Position numbers and translations under genes: made by a program. A DNA stretch of 63,626 nt, counting the filler, from Dugesia japonica (Eukaryota): assembly GCA_001938525.1 (NCBI GenBank). It is 6 parts of 6 records of this genome, joined end to end, with 100 filler letters (N's around TTAATTAATTAA, not from the genome) between each part and the next. Parts side by side here need not be neighbours in the genome. Positions count along the whole stretch, not along the records: positions 31,146 to 39,918 come from MQRL01606191.1; positions 40,019 to 51,897 come from MQRL01590619.1; 4 more parts are not named here. One strand, written 5' to 3'. Of the stretch, positions 37,121-50,050 are shown piece after piece. Below the pieces are notes generated by a model, which ran no database searches, was not told the DNA's origin, and saw nothing but the letters and a program-made list of their open reading frames with translations. Each line of letters begins with the position of its first letter. Within the stretch, counting starts at the first letter, position 1.

Positions 37121-38879
37121 ATTAAATAATTATTAATGAAAATTATGAATTTTTTACTAAACATTATAAATAAATGAATCTTCCGAAGTTGAGATTTATT
37201 TATGAGCGGCTATTTAATGGACTTGGATGTTGGTAGTAATATGTCATTTGAGGACAGAATTCAATATTCCATTAGTCCGATATCTTATTTTTAAATCACG
37301 TTTCTTGATCACATCTCATAATCCACCGACAAGGAATTTTATTNNNNNNNNNNNNNNNNNNNNNNNNNNNNNNNNNNNNNNNNNNNNNNNNNNNNNNNNN
37401 NNNNNNNNNNNNNNNNNNNNNNNNNNNNNNNNNNNNNNNNNNNNNNNNNNNNNNNNGAAAATTATATTTCTTAAAAATAAATATTTATCGGTAAATTTTT
37501 CTGAGTTAAGATTAATTTTGCTGTATTGTTTATAATTTTAAGTAGAAATTCTGGCTATTTTCTATATTCTGCTTTATTTATAAATAATCCAAGCAATTCA
37601 TCAATTGACTTAATAAATAATTTTAGTCTATATGTAATATAAATAGTTTCAATTTTCCATGTATTTTGTTGTATTTGAATAGTTATTTACATTTGAGTTG
37701 TCCGATATTACTATCAGAAATTCAAGTAATATCTGTTTATTATGCAATATTGATTAATTGTTGTCAATAAATATTTGTTCAATATTTTATTAATAAAATC
37801 AAATCAGTAAATGATCACGTTGAATTCATTTATTTAATTCGAATATTAATATTATTGATATTTTTAAAATAATATATTTCAAATGTCAAAATAAATTAAA
37901 AGCTTCTTAATGAAATGTTTAGTAAAAATTAATGTAAAATTTCAAAAATCCATTCAGTTGCTCTAAAAATAAATCTAATTCTCAAAAAATTTAAAACAAA
38001 ATAGTCATTTGNTTTTAAAATATCATTTAAAAATCTTCCGAAATTTTAAAACAAAATTGTCATTTCTAAAAATCTACAATAAATTGTGTATAAAAATATT
38101 TAAATTAATCTTTATATTTAAATATTTAACATAATCTATTTATAATTTTTGTTCAAAAATTTAATTTAATTTATTTTAATTTCTTAATTAATTTGTGACT
38201 ATTGATTTTTTTAAAAATATATTTTAAAAAATAACTTCCAACCAAAGGAAAAAAATTTCAACTTGTTTTTCAAAACATACAATTATTTTTTTTAATGTAT
38301 TCTTATTGAACTAATTATTTATTTTAATATTGCGAAATAAATGTATTTACTTTTAATAAAAATAACCAGTCATTTTTAATTTTCTTTGCAAAATTTTAAA
38401 TTTATAAACTTTGGCTATTGTTGAGTAATATTAGCTTTTAAAATCTATTAAATTATTTTTATTGAAGATTAAAAATTATTCAACCAATCACGAAAATTCA
38501 TATAATTTATATCACTAATACTCAGAGTAAAGGTTATTATGATATTTTGAGGTTCTAAAAATTAGTTATCTGAAATTAGTATGAAGAAATGCTGAAGATA
38601 ACCTCAAACTGGGTGGTAGTGTATAAGTATAAACTGACAAATTTTTTTACGGATTTATTTTTGAAATTTTATAAATACTTTTTTCTCATAATATTTTTCT
38701 AAACAATAATGATAATTGATAAAATGATGTATAATTTATTAAAATATATTCTAAAAATAAACTTTTTTTGAAAAATATGAAACATTTAACTGACTTGAAT
38801 CAATTTATATTTTTAAATGAACATGAAATATACAAAATTTAATGTTTAATATTAATCATGGCTCCTATATAAATAGTGC

Positions 38880-39380
38880 TGGCTCGTAATATAGGACTAG
38901 GGCCTGGTATTAATAATATAAGTAATTTGGCCACAGGTTTTTCACCAAAACGGACTCTATGAAAGAAATTATATAATATTTGGCCAGTACATGAAACTAG
39001 TGAACATAAAAACAACGTTTTAAATGGTTGTATTTTCGGAGTCAGTTCTTAAAGGAAATTTGTAAACAAAGCCTTGTGGTAACAGTTGGAAGTGACGAAA
39101 CGAATGTGACTGTATTTCAGTCAAATAGATGTTTGACCTTTCAATGAGACAATACAGTAATCGAAAATGTTTACAATGGCAATTTCTTAGAAATTTTGAA
39201 GTTAAGTGGGAAGTGCAAGTGATTCTCGCTAAATTTCAACGAAATCAATTGAATGATAATAATATGAGAAGAATTTAATTATTTATTTCATCATTAAGTA
39301 AAAGTCTGCAAATTAAATCAATTTCCCAACTAAAAAATAATAAATTATCCACAATTCATAGTTACACAGTCGTATGTACA
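38880..39380 (+). mobile_element. hAT (ZMYM1-like) transposase remnant
   Basis: LTFQ.DN....NGNFLEILKL corresponds to the LAFRG..NGNFLELL motif. Confidence 0.5.
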
Positions 39381-39850
39381 CCTCACAATAATAATAACTC
39401 AAATTTACCAATAAATAAGAAAAACTGATTGGTGCATAATGAACATATTTTCCTTCCAAGTAAATTTGTCAAGTAAGCGGTCATGTTTATTTATTGTTTA
39501 TCATGTTTTTTTTTAAACTTGCATCATTACTTACAAATTTTTTATTTGAAATAAAGAATTCTATCTTACACACATGTGGTATCTAATTTTATTTTCATTT
39601 AATATATTCAAAGAAATTACAATGTTAGAAATCAGTTTACCAATTTATATTCTCGCTTGAATTTATTTCAATATTTAAGAATAAGTTGATACATTTGTAA
39701 TAAAATTATTAAAATATTGTTTACAAATCATTACTAGAATTTGCATTGTTGAAATGCTTTGGTTACGCAGAATTTTCATAATTTAAGTATTAATCTTTAT
39801 TATTCATTCAATTATGAACTTCGATTAGTAATAAAAATAGAAATAAACGC

Positions 39851-39918
<68 letters not shown>

Positions 39919-40407
39919 NNNNNNNNNNNNNNNNNNNNNNNNNNNNNNNNNNNNNNNNNNNNTTAATTAATTAANNNNNNNNNNNNNNNNNNNNNNNNNN
40001 NNNNNNNNNNNNNNNNNNATATTTCGATTAACGAATAAGGTATGTCCACGATACTAGTTCATTTAGCGAAATCTCGTTTTCAGAGTTCAAAAAAATATGT
40101 TCAGAATAATAGATAACAAAATCTATCCAGTTTTTTTAATCTTTGAAGTTTCACTTAAAGATTTATTTTCGTAGAAGTTTATTCCGATTGTCATCTCAAA
40201 TAAAAACGAAAGTCTTTTACGTAAAGATTTGTTTATAATCAGAGTTATTTTAATTCTTTTCTGATCGAATTTAGAAAATAAAAATGACCACTTGTAAAAG
40301 ATCTCAATAATAAACTGACAACAAATATATCCAATAAATTACTTTAAATTAAATAAGTAACTTTGTCGACCTAAAACGAAATACTTTTGATTTCGTGTCG
40401 TATAGAG

Positions 40408-40793
40408 CAGAGGTGGGTAACCTTTTACATCTTGTGGGCCAAAATTGAGTCTATTTTTCACTGGCATGGCGAATGGCAACTTTCAAAGAAAATCGGATTT
40501 AGGTGTATTATATTTTATATACCATTTGTTTACAAAAGTAGTTTAATATTTTATAGTGCAGAGTTGACATTATGATTTTAGTTAATGTTATTAAATAAGG
40601 AAATATTATTTATTTTAACAAAAATGTGTCAAATTAATTTTCACAAACACCTATATACAAATCAAGTACAAATAGACGTAAGTGTTTATATAAAAAGGAT
40701 TTTTTTATTCTTAATATGTTCTTAAAATGTAATTTTTAAAGAAATAAGGGGAAATTTTTAAAGACTTAGTGGGCCGTAAGTGGCATACGTCTG
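40408..40793. mobile_element. Non-autonomous hAT element (MITE)
   Basis: CAGAGGTGGG..CATACGTCTG ends; perfect 8-bp TSD GTATAGAG at 40400-40407 and 40794-40801. Confidence 0.85.
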
Positions 40794-41048
40794 GTATAGA
40801 GTTCAAAAGTCAATGAAAAGGTTAAATTATTGTCGTTAATAAGGTTTAAATATTCGACAATTGTTAAAAGTCTGTATAAAATCAGAATCAAACCTTTTCA
40901 AACATTATTTCATTTATTGGGTTTTAATAGTTTTTTTGCTATCATTTTCTCAATATTTTCTTCGTTCTCAATCAAATTCTTGTTGTGAATTNCATCAAAA
41001 AATAATGTGTAATTTACATGTGTACATTAGTCCAATAATCGTGTTATA

Positions 41049-42330
41049 CAGGGTGTTCCAATTTAAGGTTATATTTTAAATTTAACTCCATTTATTTCTG
41101 TTTTGTTTTATTAAATCAATAATTGTTGAATAAGCAATAGTAATTCATGCATTTTTAAAAATGAATCGTTATACCATTGAATAAAGAGTATTTATGGTAA
41201 AAAANNNTTTTAAATACGGCGAAAGTTATGCCGAAGTTCGCAGAAAATTTAAGTTTGAATATGGAAGGGAAAGTTGTCCGTCACATGTGACAATTCAAAA
41301 AGTTATCAAACAGTTTATAAAAAGTGGCTCGATGAAAGATGAACGACGCCAATAATATCATAAAAAGTGGTCGCTCGGAAACAAATATTGCAGCTATAAG
41401 CTGTAGTGTGAGTGAGAAAACAAAAACGTCAATCCGTCNTCGTTCACAACAACTATCCATTCCAAGAACGACGTTATTCAGAATTTTGCACGAGGATCTT
41501 CATTTTAAGGCATTCAAGATTCAAATAACTCAACAAATAAAGCCGACAGACTTTGAAATACGCAGTAAATTTACTAAATGGGTCATTGAAAATATGCATG
41601 TAAATGAAACAATTTTCCTAAAAGTGATCTTTAGTGACGAAGCATATTTTGAACTAGAAGGCTTTGTGAACGCACAGAATTGTAGATTTGGTGCAATGAA
41701 AACACACATGAAATACTACAAAAACAATTCCATTCACCAAATGTAAATTTTTTGTGTGGTTTTTGGGAAGATGGTGTTATTGGTCCTTTTTTTGAGAATG
41801 AAGCTGGGAATTCTGTAACAGTTACCGGAGCTCGATATCGAAATATGATTGGAAAATTTNNNNNNNNNNNNNNNNNNNNNNNNNNNNNNNNNNNNNNNNN
41901 NNNNNNNNNNNNNNNNNNNNNNNNAACAATTACCCTTTTAAGAGAACGATTTGGTGAAAGATTAATTTCTCGAAATGCAAACATCAGTTGGCCGCCCAGA
42001 TCCTGCGATATAACGCCTCTAAATTTTTTCTTTTTGGGTAATTTAAAGGAAAAGGTGTATATTAGCGATCCTCAAACAATTGTTGATCTTAAGGAGAACA
42101 TTATGAAATTGGTGAAATTAAGCCCCAGTTGTGCCAAAATGTCATAGAAAACTTTTGTAAACGAATGGGTGCTTGCTATGCAGCAGCAGGATGTCACTTG
42201 CATGACATTATTTTTCATTGTTAAACCGGAATATATGTACTATCATTGTAAATAAATATATTGCTACATTTCATACCTTTAGCTTCTTTTATTGAAAATT
42301 TAAAACGTAACCTTAAATTGGAACACCCTG
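41049..42330 (+). mobile_element. Full-length decayed Tc1/mariner-superfamily transposon
   Basis: 23-bp perfect TIR CAGGGTGTTCCAATTTAAGGTTA; TA TSD; FSDEAYF and WPPRSCDITPLNFF motifs with frameshifts. Confidence 0.95.
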
Positions 42331-44104
42331 TATTTTTTTATAATATATTTATTATTTCATAATTAATAATCATTTTAGTTTTAATTTGCTGTTACCAAAA
42401 AAATTTGTTTACTTATTTTCTGAAATTTTATTTACATTCCATTTTATTTAAATGTTATTATAATAATTTATTTTTAAATAGGTTATGTAATGTAATAACC
42501 TATTTTAAAAAAGGAAAAAATAATCGATTTTCGATTTTCTTCATGTTATTACATAATCGTAAAACTTCATTTTGTATGGAACTTATTCTACATATTTATT
42601 TATTGATTGATCATTTGCATATATAGATGATATTTATTTGTGTATTTTAGTTGAAGAACAATAATCAATAGTTATCTTATTTTTACCACACATTTAAAAC
42701 AAATGCATTTGTTTGCATATAAATTTTAAATAAATTTTATAAATATATATATAAAGAGCTTTTTACAAAAATACACATTTATTTATTTATTTTCAAAAAT
42801 ACATACATTTAAAAAGTCTATTGGTGCTATTGCATAAGCTAATATCAATGCTTCATTATTTCCAGTAATATTAAATGTTATTAAAACCCACTTCTTTACT
42901 ACTTCCTTTCGTATGACAAGCATCTAAAGTAATTCTTGGTAAGAAGTGAAAAAACGCATTTATAGACGTTGCAGGCATAAAAAACAGTATTCAAATTGTC
43001 ACAAATTAATATCTGAATTATAATGCTCTTTATTATCTATTTGGCATTAGCAATCATTGATTTTTTTCCATTCTAGCCAAGATTTTAAAAATCCATAAGA
43101 AACGTTATCTTCTTCAATCCTCATGTTTTTCAATTGGCTAAGTTCCAACATCCTTGTCCTCTATCATATTTAAAAATAACTGAATGCTTAGAATATTTAT
43201 TAAATAAAAATTGTAACGTTAATTCGTATTATTCAAACAACGTTATTTCGAATTTCATAATTGGCTAAAAGTTCTATATACTTAATGATAAGAAGTTTTA
43301 GTTCCTTTTTGCACTGAAGATATGTTGCTTTGGATCGTTAACTTTAGAAGATCCAATATCATTATAAATATGCAAAATTGTAGGCTGTAACACAAAGCTT
43401 TTTATGCTTGTTTCTGAAGAAGAACAAGTTTGTTTTTAAAAAGAAACCAATACAAATAAACTCTTTCTTCTTCGGAGTTTAAATTTAAAATCACATTGTA
43501 GGTCGAAACATACAGCATGATAAGGCTCTTTCTGACTTTCTTAATTTTGAATGGTTTATGAATACTTACACAGTAAGTTGCAAACCCTTTTTAGCTTCGT
43601 CTTTTGTTTCAAACATTTGTTTAATGGAAACATCTGTAATTAAATCTTTCATTTATTAACGCTTTAAAATTTAATAAAAGTTAAAAAAAATTAAAATTTC
43701 CAAAAATGTTTATTTTTGTAAAACGCCCTATTTTTAATTTTAAATTTAATTTTATTAAAATACAAAATATTTTTTTGACGACATAGGGGTGGGCAAACTT
43801 TTTACGGAAGGCCACATTGAAAACGTTAGTGTTGTCTGGGGGTGCATATATCTGTTCCGTACTTTAATTACAATTAACAGTGTGAGTGGTTTTGAAGCGA
43901 GTTGAAATTTTTATGCTTTGATTGGGAATTATTTTTTTTAAAAATTTCTTATTTGATAAATTGAAAATCACAAATTAATCAAAAAATTAAAAAAAATTAA
44001 ATTAAGTTTTGGTACGAAAATTATGTGTAGTTAAAGATTAATTCAAATATTTTTTATATAATAATATTCATATAGTTTTAAAAATTTTTAAAAGTAAAAA
44101 TGAA

Positions 44105-44300
44105 CTATTTTAGTAGCGAATGTTGTTTTATTTAAAAATTTTTAAAATTAAGAATTAAATATTTTAGTAGCAAATGATGTTTTGTTTAAAAGTTTTTTAA
44201 ATTAAGAATTAAATATTTTAGTAGCAAATGTTTTATTTAAAATTTTTTAAAATTAAGAATTAAATATTTTAGTAGCAAATGATGTTTTCTTTAAAAATTT
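44105..44300. repeat. About 55-bp tandem repeat, 3-4 units
   Basis: TATTTTAGTAGC(A/G)AATG..AATTAAGAATTAAA repeated. Confidence 0.85.
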
Positions 44301-45277
44301 TTGTGAAAGTTTTTTAAATAAAATTTCGAAAACAGATAATTATTTGCTTAAATTTTCGAAGTATTTTAAATAAAGTTTTAATTTTAAATTTATTAGAAAA
44401 TAATTTCAAATGAAAGCCTGGATTTTAATTTGTTTGTTTAAACCAGTAATGATGTTCTAGTTTTTATTTATATAAATTTATGGAGTTGAATTCTGATGTT
44501 AATGATTCGATGAGTTTTCCAAACTCTCCTAACAAACAGTAAATAAAATTATAAATTAATACTAATGCTCATATTTGATTTCATATTAATATTTTAATGC
44601 CGATACTCATTTACATTATAAAATGCGTCCTGTAAAAGTTTTTTCTTAATCATTAAGACTATAATAATCATAATATTTTCAACTAGAACTAATTATTACA
44701 TATCATAATAATTTGTAAATGAGAAAACTAATTTACTTGCAATCTTACAACAGAATAAATTTTATTTAATGAGACTTAAATAGCTGATCGCAGTTTTTAA
44801 AAATTTTCTTGAACTGTGTAGACAGTTTACTCGCTGTGATTCGCATGACTGCATTCAAATTACAATCCGTCATCATTTATCTGTTAGATTTGTTTATTTT
44901 CAAACAGGAAAAATCATACTCACAAATATAAATGGATCCAAATAATGTCGAATGTTTAGCAGCAAAGTTTTTTAAGCGTGAAGATTGGTAAAGAAGGTAT
45001 TGGTAAAGAATCATGAAACTCGGTTAGAGAAACTGACTCAAACTTCTCTTTCAGATCAAGCAACTCCAACTGTACATCTTCTGTAGCTGATTCGTCTTTT
45101 GCACTATATGACAAACAGTAGATATTAAAAAGTGGTTCTATGGTCCTGAAGTCTTGAAATTTCCTTTCAAATTCTACAATCAAGGAATCTAACTGAACCT
45201 TGTACCTATGAGCCTTTTTACCAGACAAAGTTTTCTGTTTTAGTAAAGGGGAATGTTAAAATCTGTTTTCACCTGAT

Positions 45278-45400
45278 TTCATTGGCTGTGCTGGTACAAC
45301 AGTCAAAGAGGCTATTGCTGTTGTTGAGCCTCTGTTAGAAGATCCCGAACCGTTTGTTAGACAAGGAGCGTTGGTTGCTACGTCAATCTTATTAATGCAA
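45278..45400 (+). pseudogene. PSMD1: Captured fragment of 26S proteasome subunit RPN2/PSMD1
   Basis: IGCAGTTVKEAIAVVEPLLEDPEPFVRQGALVATSILLMQ matches the RPN2 PC-repeat segment CAGTG.KEAI.LLEPM..DPV.YVRQGALIA. Confidence 0.85.
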
Positions 45401-45667
45401 CTGATATTTAATGCAACAATGATAGTTTTGCTTGAAATGATTTAACGTGTACATACGTTTCATGTGCGAACAAGAGTTTGCCCTGTAGTTTAACATTTAA
45501 TTTATTCAACTTCTCCATAATATCAAACATAAAGTCTGTCTTCCACTCTTTGTTTAAAATACAATTAATAAAATCGCAATCAATTCCTTTCATACTCAAG
45601 AACAAAATTATTTCTTCTTTTAAATCTCACACTGGTTTTAATATCCTGCCCAGGCCCAGGCCACAGA

Positions 45668-48600
45668 TATGGTTTATCATAAAAAATGAAGCTTTATTTA
45701 ACAATAAACTTGGATGACTTGTCCATGGTTTAAGTCCGAGCAGGTCTAGACAAGTCTGTAACCTAAAATTTTTTCTTTTATCAATTTAACTTTTTTTTCA
45801 AACAGCAAAGTTCCAATAAACCTGGCTTCGTTGATCATATGATCCAGAAAAATACGATTACTGGTTTTGATGACTTTTTCTACAAGACCCTGTGCGACAT
45901 GCTTTATTTCTTTGTTGTTGAGTCCAATTGCCTTAAGAGCTCTTTGGTTGACTGGATCCAATGATCTCAGGGTTCCAAGAATTATTACATCTAGTGTATT
46001 GCATCTTTGCGGTACTTGGCCCCAAGATCCTTTTGAATTTGCTCATCTTTGATTTTGTTATGTATTATAACTTTCTTGAAGCCTTCAATAGAGTCATAGG
46101 GTACTTAGACGTCCAAAATGTGAATCTTGTTGTTCCTATTGCTAGTAATAACCAGATCCGGTCTCAGCTTGGTTTCAAGGCCTTGAGGTGAGCAATTATA
46201 CTGTACATCAAAGTCCCATTTTCTGAATATTGAGGCCGTCTTTTCCAGAATTATGTTGTGTTTGTTGTACTTCTGGTTTTTCATGGCTGGACAATGATTT
46301 AAGATGTGCGTTTGTGTCTCAGCATGAGTACTACAGTGTCTGCAATGAGTAGGCATATTCATTTTGAGCCAATAAGGTTTGTAGTTAGTACGGAAAAGGT
46401 TGTTTCTTGCTTTCACAATGAATAAGAAATCCTTCTCTGTGATATTGATTTTTTTCATGAATTTGCTACTATAATCAGAAGCAGCTATTGTATTTGCGAT
46501 GAGGCCTTGAGTTTGCACCAATGCTGATAGTAAGTAAAACCAATCTGTTTGTTGAGGGCCTTGTAGATCTTTGATTTGGAGTCATTATTGAAAATGATAC
46601 TTATTTGATGATTATAATCAGCCAAGCCAGTAAGACATAAGGAGATAAGGTTTTCATCTCTATAAAAAGTGACTTTTAGCTTATGGGCTTCTTTGAGTCT
46701 ATTGACGGCTAATCTAACTCTAGTCCATCAGGAGGCGACTACATCCGCTTTGTCCTAAGGCGTGATAGTGTTGTTAACCCAGTCCAAACATTTGTCCAAG
46801 GAGAAGTTTGCCTCTTTACGAAAGCGATGTTTACCAGTAAGCTCTAATTCGCTAGTGGCAAATTCTCTGAAGATTTCGGTGTCAGAATTTAGTGTTCGTA
46901 GAGCGTGAACAATGATTTGAATGTAATATTCATCTATAGATGGTATCAGGCCAAGTTCACGAAGATTGGATGGTACGTACAGAAAGGCATTGTTATGACA
47001 GGTATTTGGAGCCTCAATGATTTCTTTAATCATTTTCTTGATGATTTGGTCATAGCCAGATTGACCGGTGGAACTATCAACTAATTTATGATGAAGATTG
47101 TTGAGTTTCATAAAGAGAATATTTCTATTCCTCATTGAGTAGATAAGTTTCGAATGAATGAACATTTTGTAAGCTTGGATTTTCTGCAATCTTGGTGTAA
47201 TCTTCAATGGCCTTTGATATGATTTTCTCAAGGTTGCACTTTTCCTTTCACCAAAAGGTACACCTAAGTAATTGTAGAGGTTCTCCTCGTCAATAATAGG
47301 AAGCTTTTCTTCATAAATTTGAATTTCATTAGAGATGAATTGCCGGTTAGAAGTGAAGTAGCCACATTTGCTGGGTTTGGATTTAAGTTTACAAATCTCA
47401 GAGAGAGAGGTTATTTGTCATAAGTACGAGATCATCAGCATATGCAAGGATGGCTATATTGAAGCCAGAGTTTATAAACGGGAATTTTGTTGCAGTATCC
47501 TTGATTAAGAAGTCAATAGTAAGGCTGAATAGAGTCATTTACATAGGACATCCTTGCTTTACACCTTTGCGAATTGCGATATCGTCAGTGTTGATGTCGA
47601 GATAGCTGTAACTAGTATAAACATCAGTGTATAGATCTCTGAGAAGATGAATAGTATCACAGTGGAGACCCATTTTCTTCAGAGCATTCCATAGTAATTC
47701 ATGCGGAAGACTTCCAAAAGCCTCAGCAAGATCTAGCCAAGTCAGATTAAGATTTGTTTTTTCTCTTTCTGCCTTTTCCTTGATTATTTGGATAGTAGCG
47801 TTGTGTTGTGAACAGCCATCGGAGACATTGACAGCATTCTGAGTAATTGATAGAAGGCTTTCGTTCTTTATCCATCGAAGGAAATGGTAGTTCATTATAA
47901 TTGCAAAGATTCTGTAGGAAGTGTCTAGAATAGCAATTGGCCTCCATGATGAAACAATGTGGGAATCGTCTTCCTTTCCAGGTTTGAGTATACGAGTTGT
48001 GTGGAAACGTTTCCATTGGTTCGGGATATCCTTTTGTATAAGAACTTTGTTAAAGAGTTCTTTAAGGAAGCTATGACTATTGTCTAGTTTGATCCAGTCT
48101 GAGTAGCTGATCTTGTCAAGGCCAGGAGATGATTGGTTGGCACAGGTAAAAGTATATTCGATTTTTTGAGTGGTGGTTTCGTTTTTGGTGTGGAAATCTT
48201 CAGAGGCAGGCAGAATATAATTTTTGAGCAGATTACATTCCAGATCTTTTGGTTTAATCTGGGTAAATTCTTTGATGATGTCTTCTTTAGTTGGACATGA
48301 ATCAGGTGAGGAAGAGCCAATGAATGAGGATGGATTCCTAAGATATCTCGTTTGTAGTTTGTATTTTGATTCCATCAGGTTGTTTCTCATAGGGTGCTAA
48401 AACTGCTTAAGATTTCGAGAAGAGAATCAGTTGTCGTGATTAAACCATTTGCTAGCTCTTTAGTGGAACAGATAACCAGTTGTTGCTTAGGAGACATTTT
48501 GCATAATGCAGAATGAATATCCCACAGTCATTGTCATTTACCTGTTAGGATGGCTAAATGATGTTTCAGAGTTGATAGCCATTTCTTCTTTAGGATAGTA

Positions 48601-49250
48601 GTAGTTGGAGAAAATTTTGTTCAGTTTATTCTGAAGTTGGATTTGCTCAACAGAGAGGTAAGCACTAATAGGATCTAAAATGAGAGATTTGTTTCTCTTT
48701 TTATCAACAAGGTATAGGATCCAGTGATTGTTGTTCCAATTGTATGTAAAAACGAAAAAGTTTACATTAGGCTTTCTAGGTTTTTTGAGTAAGTTTTTCT
48801 TTACTGCAAGGTAGGCTTTCATTCGTAGAAATTTTTTATTTGCTTCGTCCGTAAATAAAATATTTTGAAGAACATCAGTAGTCCGATCACTTTTTTCATT
48901 GCTTTCAGAGTCTGGAGATTGTCTGCTGATTTTCTTTGGATTGGAATGATCCTCTAATTTTTTGGCAAGAACCACTTGCACGGTGTTTATGACGTTGAGA
49001 AATTTTTTTGTTTGACACTGTCTGAATCGCTATCTGAGGAGTTTTGATCCTGATTATCATGATCTTCAGGTTCAGTGTCCGAGAAAAGTGAACCATCGTC
49101 CTCGTGAACAATTGAGCATGGAGACGCAGAGTTTTTACTGAGGCCAGTGAAAAGACCAGTGGATAGAAGATCAGCATCTAGGTCAACTGGTAAAGTGTTC
49201 ATGAAAGGTGACAACTTGGGAGAATAAATTTTGGTGTGTGGAGGTGAATC
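45668..49250 (-). mobile_element. RLE-type non-LTR retrotransposon (NeSL/Utopia-like) with Ulp1-like protease; decayed, 5' truncated
   Basis: NHWILYLVD..LDP..QVNDNDCG protease; RT SWRPIAI, WLDLAEAFGS, GVKQGCP, LAYADD; CRHC..ETQTHILNHC knuckle; RPDLV endonuclease. Confidence 0.9.
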
Positions 49251-49689
49251 CAATTTTTTTGGAGAAGAATGTGATACAAAATATCAGAATTTTCAGTTTT
49301 CAAATTTTCAAGAAATGCCTTGAACTGTCGATGATTAAGTGCTATGATAATATTTATTACAGTTACAATTGGATCAACAACATGCGTGATATTCAGCACA
49401 GATTTACACAGACTTTCATGAGGAATGACACAATGTAAGAGTGTATGATCAGGATATTTTCCATTAATTTGATTATCCATCAACTTAACCAGATCGACAT
49501 TTTTCCCAGTCAAAGAACGCGCTCCAGTTACATTTACTATCTTGTTCCACACTAAATTTTCATCACAATTAAATAAATCCTGATTCGTAGTTGTATTTTT
49601 GAATGTGTTAGACAAGTTTTGAAAACTCTATAGGATTATCAACATCAAAATTCAACTCCATAGTAAAATTTATTTCAAACAAAAACTAT

Positions 49690-50050
49690 AAACATAAATT
49701 TGCTTTTTTCAAGCAAATTTAAAAATTCATTTAAAAACGGACAATACTAAATATTTTAATTTTAAAATTTCATTAACATCCAATTTTAAAATAAACTCAA
49801 AAAAACAAATTTCATTTATTTCCTTTCATATTTAATCCATTCCAAATATATTTTTTATAAAAATTTTTTAAATATTCAATTTTAAAATAAACTCAAAAAA
49901 CATGTTTCATTTATTTCCTTCCATATTTTATTCTATTCAAAATATATTTTGATTTTAAGATTTTAAAAATATCCAAGTTTAAAATACTTTATAAAAAACA
50001 TATTTCATTTAAAAATTTTAATACATATTGAAATTTTATATTCAATACAC
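49690..50050. repeat. About 100-bp AT-rich tandem repeat inside the hAT element
   Basis: CAATTTTAAAATAAACTCAAAAAA..TTTCATTTATTTCCTT repeated 2-3 times. Confidence 0.6.
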
